From an uncultured Alphaproteobacteria bacterium (GTDB taxonomy: Bacteria > Pseudomonadota > Alphaproteobacteria > Rhizobiales > Xanthobacteraceae): 64,000 bases of DNA. The stretch's first letter is position 1. Every line of letters starts with the position of its first letter. Below the pieces are notes generated by a model, which saw nothing but the letters and a program-made list of their open reading frames with translations, was not told where the DNA came from and searched no databases. This document shows positions 9,705 through 19,844 of this stretch, piece by piece. The position numbers were made by a program, and so were the translations under genes. The stretch covers positions 41,203 to 105,202 of the forward strand of contig CAVQGC010000001.1 in NCBI GenBank assembly GCA_963711955.1, written 5' to 3'.

Positions 9705-10998
9705 ATGACCGCGCCCACAAAACGGCCAAACGGCCGCCTCGTCGTCGAGGACAACGAGAACCTGAGCTTTTCCGTCAACCGCAAGGTGTTCGTGTCGGAC
9801 GACGTGCTGGAAGCCGAGCATCGCAAGATTTTCGACCACTGCTGGATCTACGTCGGCCATGCCTCGGAGCTGAAGCAGTCCGAACGACTTCCGCACCCGC
9901 AACGTCGCCGGCCGGCCGGTGATCTTCTGCCGCGACCGGCAGGGCGCGGTCCGCGCGCTGATCAATTCGTGCCGGCACCGCGGCGCACTGGTGTGCCGCG
10001 AGCGCGAGGGCAACACGCGGCAGTTCTATTGCATCTATCACGGCTGGTCATACAACACCGACGGCTCGCTCAAGGGAATTCCGGGCGACGACGCCTATCC
10101 GCCGGGCTTCGACAAGCAAAGCAAGGGCCTCGTTCCGGTGCCGCGGCTCGAGCACTACAAGGACTTCTATTTCGCGAGCTTCGACAAGAACGCGCCGGAC
10201 CTCGCGACCTATCTCGCCGGCGCCAAGGATTACATCGATCTCGTGGTCGACCAGTCACCGTCCGGCCGCATGGAGATCATCTCCGGCGTCCAGGAGTACG
10301 ACATCAAGGCGAACTGGAAGCTGCTGGTCGAAAACAGCGTCGACGACTACCACCTCGTCACCACGCACTCGACGTGGCTCAATTACATGCGCAACTCCGG
10401 CGTCAACATCACGCCGGCCAAGGGCCACATGCTGCCGACCAAGGGTTTCGGCAAGGACCTGGGCAATGGCCATCTCACCACCGACAATCCGAACTATCGC
10501 GGCCGCCCGGTTGCGAAATGGATTTCGGTCTATGGCGAGGAGGCCAAGGCTGACATCGACGCGATCCGCAAGGAACTGGTCGAGCGGCTGGGCGAGGCGA
10601 GGGCGGCCCGCGTCGCCGACACCAACCGCAATCTCTGCATCTTCCCCAATCTCGTCATCAATGACGGCTCGTCGGTGACGGTGCGCAATTTCTTCCCGGT
10701 CGCGCCCGGCCACATGAAGGTGATCGCGTGGGCGCTCGGCCCGGTCGAGGAAACCGAAGCGCAGCGCGCGCGGCGGCTGCACGCGTTCTTGACGTTCTAC
10801 GGCCCCGGTGGGTTTGCGACGCCCGACGACGTCGCGGCGCTGGAGCTGGCGCAGCAGGGTTTCGCCGCGTATCGCGAGGTGCCGTGGTCTGACTTGTCTC
10901 GTGGAATGGGAAGTAGTCAGGAGCAGCTTGCCACCGACGAAGGTCATCTGCGCGTGTTCTGGCGCAAGTGGAGCGAACTGGTGGAGGCGCGGCAATGA
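9705..10998 (+). CDS. Rieske aromatic ring-hydroxylating dioxygenase alpha subunit (p-cumate/benzoate-like); frameshift near 9880
   Basis: CRHRG...CIYHGW Rieske site; NWK..ENSVDDYH...TH and TPDD iron ligands. Confidence 0.9.
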
Positions 10999-11498
10999 AC
11001 GCGCCGGTGGCGCCGGGCGCTGTCACCCGCGCCGAGGTCGAGGACTTCCTCTATCACGAGGCGGACCTGCTCGACCGCTGGAAGCTCGACGACTGGCTCG
11101 GCCTGCTCACCGACGATGCGTCCTATTTCGTGCCGCCAAACGACAAGCCGGACGCCGACCACCGTTACACGCTGTTCACCGTGGCCGACGACATCGTGCG
11201 GCTGCGCGAGCGCATCATCCGGCTGAAGGACCCGAACTGCCACGCAGAGTTTCCGCCGTCGCGCACGCGCCGGATGATTTCCAACGTGCGCATCACCGGA
11301 ATGGATGGCGAGCTGATCCTGGTCGAGGCCAATTTCGCGATCTTCCGGCACCGCCGCAACGAGCCGGTGCGCGAGTTCGTCGGCCGCTATCGCCACAAGC
11401 TCAAGCGCACCGATGAGGGGCTGAAGATTCACGAGCGCCGCGCCATCCTGGATGCGGAGGAGTTGGGGCCGATGGGATCGGTGAGCTTTTTGTTGTAG
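10995..11498 (+). CDS. Ring-hydroxylating dioxygenase beta subunit
   Basis: EDFLYHEADLLD..W, SRTRRMISNV; ATGA overlap with the alpha subunit. Confidence 0.9.
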   Translation: MNAPVAPGAVTRAEVEDFLYHEADLLDRWKLDDWLGLLTDDASYFVPPNDKPDADHRYTLFTVADDIVRLRERIIRLKDPNCHAEFPPSRTRRMISNVRITGMDGELILVEANFAIFRHRRNEPVREFVGRYRHKLKRTDEGLKIHERRAILDAEELGPMGSVSFLL

Positions 11499-11505
11499 CA
11501 AAGAC

Positions 11506-11580
11506 TGTCATGCCCCGCGAAAGCGGGGCATCCAGTACTCCCGGTGGTTACTGGATCGCCCGCTTTCGCGGGCGATGACA
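11506..11580. repeat. REP-like doublet (GTCATGCCCCGCGAAAGCGGGGCATCCAGTA family)
   Basis: Two GAAA/TTTC-loop hairpins in inverted orientation. Confidence 0.88.
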
Positions 11581-11620
11581 TTCAGAGAAGATGACATCCA
11601 GAAACGTCTTGGGGAACGCA

Positions 11621-12625
11621 ATGCCAAATCCGCTTTCGATCGACGCCCACGCTCACATCTGCACCGAGGAGACGATGAACCTCCTCAACAAGGAGGCGTC
11701 CAAGGTCGCCTCCAGCCTCAAGGAGTACGAGAAGGACGTTTTCGAGTGGTCGGTTGCCGGCGTGCCGTACCGGCCGCTGCCGCGCGGCGGCTTCGACATC
11801 GAGCAGCGCCTCAAGGACATGAAGGCGTCGGACGTCGACATGCAGGTGCTGTCCAACACGCCGCAGACCTTCCTTTACAACCAGGACGCTGGGCTCACGA
11901 CCGCCACGTCGATCATCCAGAACGACCAGATCGCCAAGCACGTCCGCGATTATCCGAAGCAGTTCTACGGCATCGCCACACTGCCGATGCAGGCGCCGAA
12001 GGCGGCAGCCGATGAGCTCAAGCGCTCGATCACCAAGCTCAACCTGAAGGGCGCGCAGATCGGCTCCAACATCATGGGCAAGAACCTCGACGAGCCCGAA
12101 TTCGAGCCGGTGTGGCAGGTGGCGAACGAGCACCACGCCTTCTTCATGGTCCATCCCAACAATGTCGCCGGCGCGGACCGCCTCAAGAAGTATTATCTCA
12201 ACAACCTGATCGGCAATCCGCTCGACACCACCATCGCGGCGGCGTCGCTGGTGTTTGGCGGCGTGATCGAGCGCTTCCCCAACATCAAGTTCTTCATGGT
12301 GCACGGCGGCGGTTTCACGCCGTATCAGGCCGGGCGCTGGCAGCACGGCTGGCACGTGCGGCCGGAGCCGAAGAATCATCTCAAGAAGCCGCCGGCCGAG
12401 ACGATCCGCACCTTCTATTGGGACACCATCCTGCATTCGCAGCCGCAGCTCGAATTCCTGGTGCAGGAGTTCGGCGCTGCGAATGTCCTGCTCGGCAGCG
12501 ACTATCCCTACGACATGGGCACCTTCGAATGCGCGCGGCAGGTCAAGGCGCTGGGCGTCTCCGACCTCGACAAGGCCACCATCCTCAACGGCATGACGCA
12601 GAAGTTGCTGAGCATGGTGAAATGA
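11621..12625 (+). CDS. Amidohydrolase-2 family, ACMSD-like decarboxylase/hydratase
   Basis: IDAHAH, FMVHP, VHGGG, LLGSDYPYDM. Confidence 0.85.
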   Translation: MPNPLSIDAHAHICTEETMNLLNKEASKVASSLKEYEKDVFEWSVAGVPYRPLPRGGFDIEQRLKDMKASDVDMQVLSNTPQTFLYNQDAGLTTATSIIQNDQIAKHVRDYPKQFYGIATLPMQAPKAAADELKRSITKLNLKGAQIGSNIMGKNLDEPEFEPVWQVANEHHAFFMVHPNNVAGADRLKKYYLNNLIGNPLDTTIAAASLVFGGVIERFPNIKFFMVHGGGFTPYQAGRWQHGWHVRPEPKNHLKKPPAETIRTFYWDTILHSQPQLEFLVQEFGAANVLLGSDYPYDMGTFECARQVKALGVSDLDKATILNGMTQKLLSMVK

Positions 12626-13680
12626 GCGGGCTCGTTCCCGCTGCCGCGATCGATGCGCTGATCCGGGACTGCATGCAGGCGGTCGGTCTGCCGGCCGCCG
12701 ACGCTGCCAAGATTGCGGAGCTGATGGTGGAGGCCGATCTGGTCGGCGCCGACGCGCACGGCGTGTTCCGGCTGCCGCAATATGTCCGCCGCATCAAAGG
12801 CGGCGCGGTCAATCCGAAGGCGAGTATTACGCTGGAGAAGACCGGGCCGGCGACCGCGATGGTCGACGGCGACAACGGCATGGGCCATCTGGTGATGTCG
12901 CGCGCCGCCGAGACGGCGGCGGAATTGGCGAAGGATACCGGCGTCGCCTGGGTCGGCGCCAAGCGCAGCAATCACGCCGGCGCCGCCGGCGTCTATGCGG
13001 CGATGCCGCTTGCGCAGGACATGGTCGGCATCTATGCCGTGGTGGCCAACGCCAACCACATGCCGGTGTGGGGTTCTTCGGAAAATCTGCTCGGCACCAA
13101 TCCGGTCGCGTTCGCCATTCCGGCAGGACAGGAGCCGCCGGTGGTGCTCGATATCGCGACCACGGTGGTTTCCTACGGCACAGTCAAGGCCAACAAGCTG
13201 CAGGGCCGCGACATGCCGCCCGGCTGGATGATCGACAAGCAAGGGCAGCCGCTGACCGATTCCGCCAAGAGCGCCGAGGGTCTGCTGATGCCGATCGGCG
13301 GCCACAAGGGCTCAGGTCTGGCGCTGGTGCTCGGACTTCTTGCCGGCACGATGAACGGCGCGGCGTTCGGCCGCGACGTGGTCGACTTCAACTACGACGA
13401 CAGCACCGCCTGCGACACCGGCCATTTCATCGTTGCGCTCGACGTCAGCCGCTTCATGCCGATGCCGGTGTTCAAGGCCGCGGTCGATCGCCACCTGCGC
13501 GACCTGAAGTCATCGCCAAAGCTGCCTGGCGTCGATGCGATCCGCCTGCCGGGCGAGCAGCGGCTCAAGCGCCGCACTGAGCGTGCGCGCGATGGCGTGC
13601 CGGTCTATCCGGAGGTGGTGGCGCAGCTCGACGCGCTGGCGGGGGAGCTGAAGGTCAAGCCGCTACGGATGCGAATCTAG
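12622..13680 (+). CDS. Ldh_2 family (malate/L-lactate/sulfolactate DH-like) oxidoreductase
   Basis: AHGVFRL, VDGDNGMG, SNHAG, LGTNP, GGHKGSGL, RLPGE. Confidence 0.88.
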   Translation: MSGLVPAAAIDALIRDCMQAVGLPAADAAKIAELMVEADLVGADAHGVFRLPQYVRRIKGGAVNPKASITLEKTGPATAMVDGDNGMGHLVMSRAAETAAELAKDTGVAWVGAKRSNHAGAAGVYAAMPLAQDMVGIYAVVANANHMPVWGSSENLLGTNPVAFAIPAGQEPPVVLDIATTVVSYGTVKANKLQGRDMPPGWMIDKQGQPLTDSAKSAEGLLMPIGGHKGSGLALVLGLLAGTMNGAAFGRDVVDFNYDDSTACDTGHFIVALDVSRFMPMPVFKAAVDRHLRDLKSSPKLPGVDAIRLPGEQRLKRRTERARDGVPVYPEVVAQLDALAGELKVKPLRMRI

Positions 13681-14689
13681 CGCGCTTCGTACGCCGTCCT
13701 CACTCGCGCAACTACGTCAGCCGGCGTCTTGGCAATATCTTCCAGCATCTTGGCGAGCTCTTCGCCGCTCATCGGATCGATCTCCAGCTTGAGCTTGTCC
13801 GCTTCGGCGAGGAACTCCGGGTCCTTCAAGGTGGCATCGAAGGCGCGCCGCATCGCGGCGACGCGCGCCGGCGGCACATTGGGCGGCATGAAGAACGGCC
13901 GGCCGAATTCGAGACGCGCCAGCGCAAGCTGCAGCGCCTGCTTGTGTTCCGGCGTTTTCGCCAAGCTCGTGATCAGCGGGATTCCCTTCAGCTCGGGATG
14001 CTCGCGGGCGCCCCAAACGACCAGCATTCGGATCTGCTTGTCCTCGTACTGCTTCAAATTGAGCGTCTTCACCGTCGACCAGTTGGCGAGCGTGCCGTGC
14101 ACCTCGCCGCGCTCCATGGCGAGGTTGATGTCGGATGTCGACTTGTAGCCGGTGACGGGCTTGAACTTCAGGTCGAACAACGCCTTGCCCAGCATCGGAT
14201 AGTCGTACTGGGTCGAGCCCGGCGCCTGCGCGCCGACAATCATCTCCTTGGTCTTGAGATCGTCGAGGCTCTGCATCGGCGCGGTGTGCCAGACGTACAT
14301 CGTCTGCGTTTCGCGGTTGGTGCTGCCAAGCCAGTTGATCTTGCCGGTCTCGAAACGCACGCCGTTGGGCTGCAGCAGCGGCGCGGTCGGCAGCCCGTTG
14401 AAAGAGGCGCCGAACACGGTGCCGTCGAACGGCCCCGCGGCATACATCTGGTTGGTCATGGTGAGCGAGCCGGCGCCCGGCTGGTTCTGCACGATGATGT
14501 TCGGATTGCCCGGGATGTGCTTGCTCATGTGGCGGGCCAGAACACGGGCGTTGACGTCGTAACCCGAACCGACGCCGATCCCGACCAGGAGGCGCACGGT
14601 CTTGCCCTTGTAGAATTCCGCGACGTCGTCTTGGGCGGAGGCCGATGTAGCCGCGCAGACAATAAGGAGTGCGAGCAGAGACTTTTCAT
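13677..14689 (-). CDS. Tripartite tricarboxylate transporter (Bug/TctC) substrate-binding protein; frameshift in the signal peptide
   Basis: FYKGKTV, GSGYD, HIPGNP.I.VQNQPGAG, LAMERGEV. Confidence 0.88.
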
Positions 14690-14703
14690 GATGCTTTCCC
14701 GGC

Positions 14704-14806
14704 TGTCGTCCCCGCGAAAGCGGGTACCCAGTAACCACCGCTGTCAAAGTGTAGTCTATTCTAATGCCCGTGTTTACTGGATGCCCCGCTTTCGCGGGGC
14801 ATGACA
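14704..14806. repeat. REP-like doublet, same family as 11506-11580
   Basis: CCCCGCGAAAGCGGG...CCAGTA / TACTGGATGCCCCGCTTTCGCGGGGCATGACA. Confidence 0.85.
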
Positions 14807-14831
14807 CCTGTATGTGTTGTCGCAGATCATC

Positions 14832-15948
14832 CTACGCCGCTCGCTTCTCCTCGTCAGGGTCCAGCGGCAATTTGACCGCCTGCTTGCGTTTCGCCGAAAG
14901 GTCGAGCGCCTTGGTCAGCATCAGGCGGTTGTGCGCCTCCTCGACCGTCGCGGCGGGCGTCGGCAGGCCGAGCGCCACGCGGTTGAGCCAGGACACGGTT
15001 TCCTCTGCCATCGGGCCCGCGCAATTCGCCGAGCGCCATGTCGCCCGGCGGATAGCTGCCGAGGAAATCGACCAGCCGCGTCTCGTCCGGCGCGTAGCCT
15101 TCGGACTGCGGCTTCGAGACCGCGAGCACCATGTCGCGGTGGGTGTCGTCGATGGTCAGCACGCCATCGGTGCCGACGATACCGACCTCGAGCGAATAGA
15201 CCGCGCCCGGCCAGGTCACCGGCAGCGCCCAGGAGATGTTGAGATGATAGACGCAGCCGTCCGACATCATGATCATGCCGGCGGTGGCGTCGATGCCCTG
15301 GTAGAGCGGGCCCAGCACCTTGTCGATCGAGCGGGCGTAGCATTCGACCGGCGTCTTCTTCTCCAGGTACCACATGCACATGTCGAGCGCGTGGGTGCCG
15401 GAAATCACCATCGGCGAGATCGTCTTCGGATCGTCGGTGCGCTTGTAGTTGTCGATCGCGACCAGGCGGTTCATGAAGGCGCGCGAGGTGACCAGCGTGA
15501 CGTCGCCGAGCGCGCCGGTGCGCACCTTTTCCTTGCCGGACAGCCACTTGCGGCGGAACCGCTGGGTGTAGCCGACCACGGCGTCAATCTTGGCATCCTT
15601 GATAACCTTGAGTACGCGCGCGGATTCCGCCAAGTCGGTGGCGAGCGGCTTCTCGATCAGCAGCGGGATGCCACGCTCGGCCGCCACCATGATCGGATCG
15701 ACGTGCAGGTGCTCGTCGGTCGCGATGATGGCGCAGGTCACCTCCGGCCGCTTCAGCAGCTCGACATGGCTGTTGGTGACGAAGTCCGCTTCGATCTTCG
15801 GCGCGACCTCGCCGGCGCGGTTCGGGTTCTTCTCCGCGAGCCCGATCCATTTCACCGCCGGATGGCGGTTCGCCACCTCGCCGCGGAACAGCCCGACGCG
15901 GCCGCCGCCGATGATGGCGAGCCCGATGTCCTTGGCTTGGGTTCTCAT
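14832..15948 (-). CDS. Gfo/Idh/MocA oxidoreductase (frameshift near 15010)
   Basis: IIGGGRVG, IEKPLA, GYTQRF, GTHALD. Confidence 0.85.
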
Positions 15949-17048
15949 CACTTCACCATCACATTGTCGCCGGTCCGGAGCTTCGCCTTGAAATCCGCCA
16001 CCGCGGCGATGGTCTCGTTGGTCAGCGGCAGATCGATCGGCTCGTTGCGATCCGCCGACAGGTCGGCCGCGGTGTAAGCCTCCATCACCGCGCGCGCGCT
16101 TTCCGGCGTGACCATGACCCGGGTGTTGCGAATGCATGCCTCTAGGAAGTGCAGCGTCTCCGGGCCCATGCCGCCGGCGTACACCTCGCCGACCTGTTCG
16201 CCGGGCATGGTCGACATCGGAAACTGCTGGCCGCCCGAAATCGTGTTGAGCCAATGGTCGCGCGCCGTGTCGTCGAGGATCAGCGCGCCGTCTGTGCCGG
16301 TGATCTCCATCCACGTCGAGCAGTAGTTCGGATAGCTCGGCGGCAGGTTCCAGCCGCCGCCGATCATCACTACGACGCCGTTGTCCATCGTGACGGTGGT
16401 GAACATGATGTCGTGCGAGCCGTTGATCGGCTGCATGAAGCCGAACGCGCCTTGCGAATAGACGCGCACCGGCTTCGCCGGCTCCAGCAGCCAGAACACG
16501 AAGTCGAGGTCGTGGGTCGATTCCATCACCACCGGCGACAGCCGCACGCGCTTGCCGATCTTGGTGCCGAGCGTGCGGGTGATGTGGCGGCTGACCAGAA
16601 CGGACACGACCTTGCCGAGCGTGCCGTCATCGATCTTCTTCTTGGCAAAAGCGACTTTTGGATTGAACCGCTGCGAATAGCCGATGGTGAACTTGAGATT
16701 GTTGCGCCTGGCGATCGTGATCAGCTCGTCGGCTTCCCACAATTCGAGCGATATCGGCTTCTCCAGCAGCACGTTCTTGCCGGCGCGCAGGCAGTCGCGC
16801 GCGATCGGATAGTGGTTGGATTCCGGGGTGGTCGAGATGTAGACCACCGAAATGTTGTCGTTCTTGACGATGTCCTGGTAATCGAGCGTCGCGGTGGCGG
16901 GCTTGGTCAGCGCCTTTACTTCGGCAAGCCGGTCCGGCCTGATTTCGCAGATGTGCAGCTTGTCGCAGAGCGCCGAGCGTGACAGCGTCTCGGCCCGGAT
17001 GCCGCCGCACCAGCCGGTGCCGATCACTGCAGCTTCAACGGTTTTCAC
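15948..17048 (-). CDS. Gfo/Idh/MocA oxidoreductase
   Basis: IGTGWCG, LEKPIS, GYSQRFNP, STHDLD; GTG start at 17048. Confidence 0.88.
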   Translation of the reverse strand: MKTVEAAVIGTGWCGGIRAETLSRSALCDKLHICEIRPDRLAEVKALTKPATATLDYQDIVKNDNISVVYISTTPESNHYPIARDCLRAGKNVLLEKPISLELWEADELITIARRNNLKFTIGYSQRFNPKVAFAKKKIDDGTLGKVVSVLVSRHITRTLGTKIGKRVRLSPVVMESTHDLDFVFWLLEPAKPVRVYSQGAFGFMQPINGSHDIMFTTVTMDNGVVVMIGGGWNLPPSYPNYCSTWMEITGTDGALILDDTARDHWLNTISGGQQFPMSTMPGEQVGEVYAGGMGPETLHFLEACIRNTRVMVTPESARAVMEAYTAADLSADRNEPIDLPLTNETIAAVADFKAKLRTGDNVMVK

Positions 17049-17130
17049 GGGTTTCCTGGATTTTCTTGATGTTTGATGTGGGCGCGGGCCCGCAAGAAAC
17101 CACGCTCCCGCGCGGCCTGCAAATGGTCTT

Positions 17131-17883
17131 TCAGGCCGATTTGCCGAACCCAAACACCTTCGCCGCGAACTGCGGATAGACCTCCGCGAGTTCGGGGGCG
17201 ACGCTCTGGCGCAACAGGCGCAGCGTCTCCGGCGAGGGCGCCGGCGTGACCGGCACGTCGGGCGGGCGGTCGAACTCGAAACCGGTGTTGACGATCACCT
17301 CGGCGAGCGTATGGCCGGGGTGCACGCTCTGCAGCGTGAAGCGCCGCCGCGCCCGGTCGAACGAGAACAGGCAGCGGTTGGTGATCAGCGCAATCGGCCC
17401 GCCGCTGCGGTGGACGTTGTAGTCGCTGCCGCCCGGCGCGCTGATGAACGATACCTTGGGCACCAGCGTGCGCTTGGAATGCTCGGTGCGGAACAGGATC
17501 ACCTTCGGCACCACGTAGTAGAGATAGGCCGAGCCGAACGAGCCGGGGAAGCGCGCGGTCGGCCTGTCGTAGTCGCCGACGCTGACCAGATTGACGTTGC
17601 CTTCGCCGTCGATCTCGCCGCCGGACAGGAAGAACACGTCGATGCGGCCCTGGCCGGCGCAGTCGAACAGCTCGCGCCCGCCGTCGGTGAAGAATGTATG
17701 ACGCGGGCTGCCGAGCAGCGAGACGTAGGGCTTGCCGCCGCCGCGCGCGCGGGCGAGCAGCGATGCGGCCGCTGGGATCGGCGAGGCGTTGCCGACCGCG
17801 ACGTGGCGCACGTCGCCGATCAGGTCGGCGACCACCGAGACGAGCAACTCTTCGCTGCGGAAATCAGGCCGCTTTTCGCTCAT
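17131..17883 (-). CDS. CoA-transferase beta subunit (glutaconate CoA-transferase GctB-like)
   Basis: FFLSGGEIDGEGNVNL, FPGSFGS, LQSVHPG. Confidence 0.8.
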   Translation of the reverse strand: MSEKRPDFRSEELLVSVVADLIGDVRHVAVGNASPIPAAASLLARARGGGKPYVSLLGSPRHTFFTDGGRELFDCAGQGRIDVFFLSGGEIDGEGNVNLVSVGDYDRPTARFPGSFGSAYLYYVVPKVILFRTEHSKRTLVPKVSFISAPGGSDYNVHRSGGPIALITNRCLFSFDRARRRFTLQSVHPGHTLAEVIVNTGFEFDRPPDVPVTPAPSPETLRLLRQSVAPELAEVYPQFAAKVFGFGKSA

Positions 17884-18683
17884 GGACGTGCTGCTTGAGA
17901 TACTGCGCAAAGCCTTCGTCGGTCGCCGCGAGCCTGGCGTATTCGGCGAGATGCTCGGCGTCCCAGGCGTAGTAATCGGGCAGCGGCAGCGGCCAGGCGC
18001 CGCGCTCCGCGACCGCGACGGCTTCGACATAGAAGCCGGGGAGCGTGCCCGGCGGCGAGCTTGGGATCCTCCAGCAGATTGCCGGCGTGGATGTTCTCGA
18101 CCGTGACCACGGTCTTTGCCGCGGCGTGCGCCATGGTCATCAATTCGCGCTGCCGTCCGATCCAGACATTGCCGTGACGGTCTGCCATCGGCGCGTGAAA
18201 CAGCGCGACGTCCGGCTTGATCGCAGGCAGCAGCACGATCGGGTCGCCGTCGCCGAACGGATTGTCGATCGTCTTCCAGTCCGGCCGATGCGCCAGCACG
18301 TCGGAGCCGATCAGGCCGCGCAGCGGCATGAACGGCACGCCCTTTTCAGTCGCCTGGAATGCGGCGTGCAGCGCCGGGCAGGTGGCGTCCTTCATTTTGA
18401 TCGTGCCGGCCACGATCGCGGCGGTGAAGCGCGGCGCCAGCCCGAACTCGCCGAGACTGACGGCGGATGTCTCGAGCGTCTCGACGCAGCCGGCGCCGAT
18501 CAGCATGTCGGCCTGCAGGCTCGACGTGGGCAGCGCGACCAGCGCCAGGCGCTTGACGCCGCGGCGGATCAGCGCGCGGGTCGCCGCCATGGCGACGCCG
18601 GAGCTTTCGCGCGGGATCGCCAGCACGCAGCCATCCGTGATGGGAGCGAGCGCCTCGTCGAGCTTGCGGACGAACTGCGGCAT
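17864..18683 (-). CDS. CoA-transferase alpha subunit (GctA-like); frameshift near 18050
   Basis: QADMLIGAG, EKGVPFMP.RG..GSD, PDVALFHA..AD..GN. Confidence 0.8.
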
Positions 18684-18791
18684 GAGTCGATCCTGTCCCG
18701 ATCCTATTGGTGGGATAGGGTTGCGCCAAGTGGGCAGCGGTCCCGCAACCCACACCTTGAAATCGGGGCAGGAATTGGAGAACAAACGCGC

Positions 18792-19817
18792 GTGGCAAAC
18801 TCCCCCGACACTCTCAAAAGCAAGCTCGCCGCCGGCCGCTTCGTCGTCACGGCGGAGATCACCCCGCCGGTCTCGTTCGACGCCGGCGAACTGCTCGCCA
18901 AGGCGATGCCGCTCAAGGGCCTGGCCGATGCGGTCAACGTCACCGACGGCGCCGGCGCCCGCGCGCACCTCGGCGCGGTGACCGCGGCGGGCCTGCTGCT
19001 GCAGAACGGTATCGAGCCGATCCTCCAGTTCACCTGCCGCGACCGCAACCGTATCGCGCTGCAGGGCGACCTGATGGCGGCGGCGGCGCTCGGCATCCGC
19101 AACATGCTGATGCTGAAGGGCGACGATCCCAAGCAGGGCGACCAGCCCGACGCCAAGCCGGTGTTCGACCTCGACACCGTCGGCCTGACGCAGATTGCCA
19201 TTCACATGCGCGACAAGGGCGAGCTGCCGCACGGCCGCAAGCTCACCGGAAAAGCGCACTTCTTCATCGGCGCGGCCGATACGCCGATCGATCCGCCGGC
19301 CGGATGGGAGCCGAAGAGCCTCAAATCGAAGATCGCTGCCGGCTGCGAGTTCGCGCAGACGCAGTTCTGCATGGATGCTGCGGTGCTGCGCCGCTACATG
19401 GCGCGGCTTGCCGAGCACGGCGTCAAGCTGCCGATGCTGATCGGCATCTCGCCGCTGCGCTCGGCGAAGTCGGCGCGCTGGATGCGCGAAAAATTGTTCG
19501 GCACCATCATTCCCGATGCGATCGTCGAGCGGATGGAAGCGGCAGCCGATCCCGCCGCCGAGGGCCGGCGCATTTGCGTCGACCTGATGCGGGAGATGGC
19601 GACGATCCCCGGCGTTGCCGGCGTGCACATCATGGCGCCGGGCAATGAGGCGGGCATCGCTGATGTGATCCGCGGACGCTCGCCAAGTAGCTCAGGTGTT
19701 ATCGCCGAGGCTGTGCCCGGCGATCCATCCTGCTTGCAAGAGAACCGGATCACCGGGTCACGCCGCCATAGCGCGTCGAAGACGCGCGTAAATGCACTTA
19801 TGGCTGCGGCCCGGTGA
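18792..19817 (+). CDS. metF: Methylenetetrahydrofolate reductase (true stop may be near 19690; the ORF runs into a REP)
   Basis: VTAEITPP, NVTDG, CRDRNRIALQ, GDDP, QTQF, GVHIM; GGAG RBS before GTG. Confidence 0.85.
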   Translation: MANSPDTLKSKLAAGRFVVTAEITPPVSFDAGELLAKAMPLKGLADAVNVTDGAGARAHLGAVTAAGLLLQNGIEPILQFTCRDRNRIALQGDLMAAAALGIRNMLMLKGDDPKQGDQPDAKPVFDLDTVGLTQIAIHMRDKGELPHGRKLTGKAHFFIGAADTPIDPPAGWEPKSLKSKIAAGCEFAQTQFCMDAAVLRRYMARLAEHGVKLPMLIGISPLRSAKSARWMREKLFGTIIPDAIVERMEAAADPAAEGRRICVDLMREMATIPGVAGVHIMAPGNEAGIADVIRGRSPSSSGVIAEAVPGDPSCLQENRITGSRRHSASKTRVNALMAAAR

Positions 19818-19822
19818 TGACA
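19697..19822. repeat. REP-like doublet with a nested ATAGCGCGTCGAAGACGCGCGTAAA element in the right-arm loop
   Basis: GGATCACCGGGTC...GCCCGGTGATGACA arm interrupted at about 19760-19808. Confidence 0.75.
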
Positions 19823-19844
19823 ATGTTGGATATTCAAGCAATCT

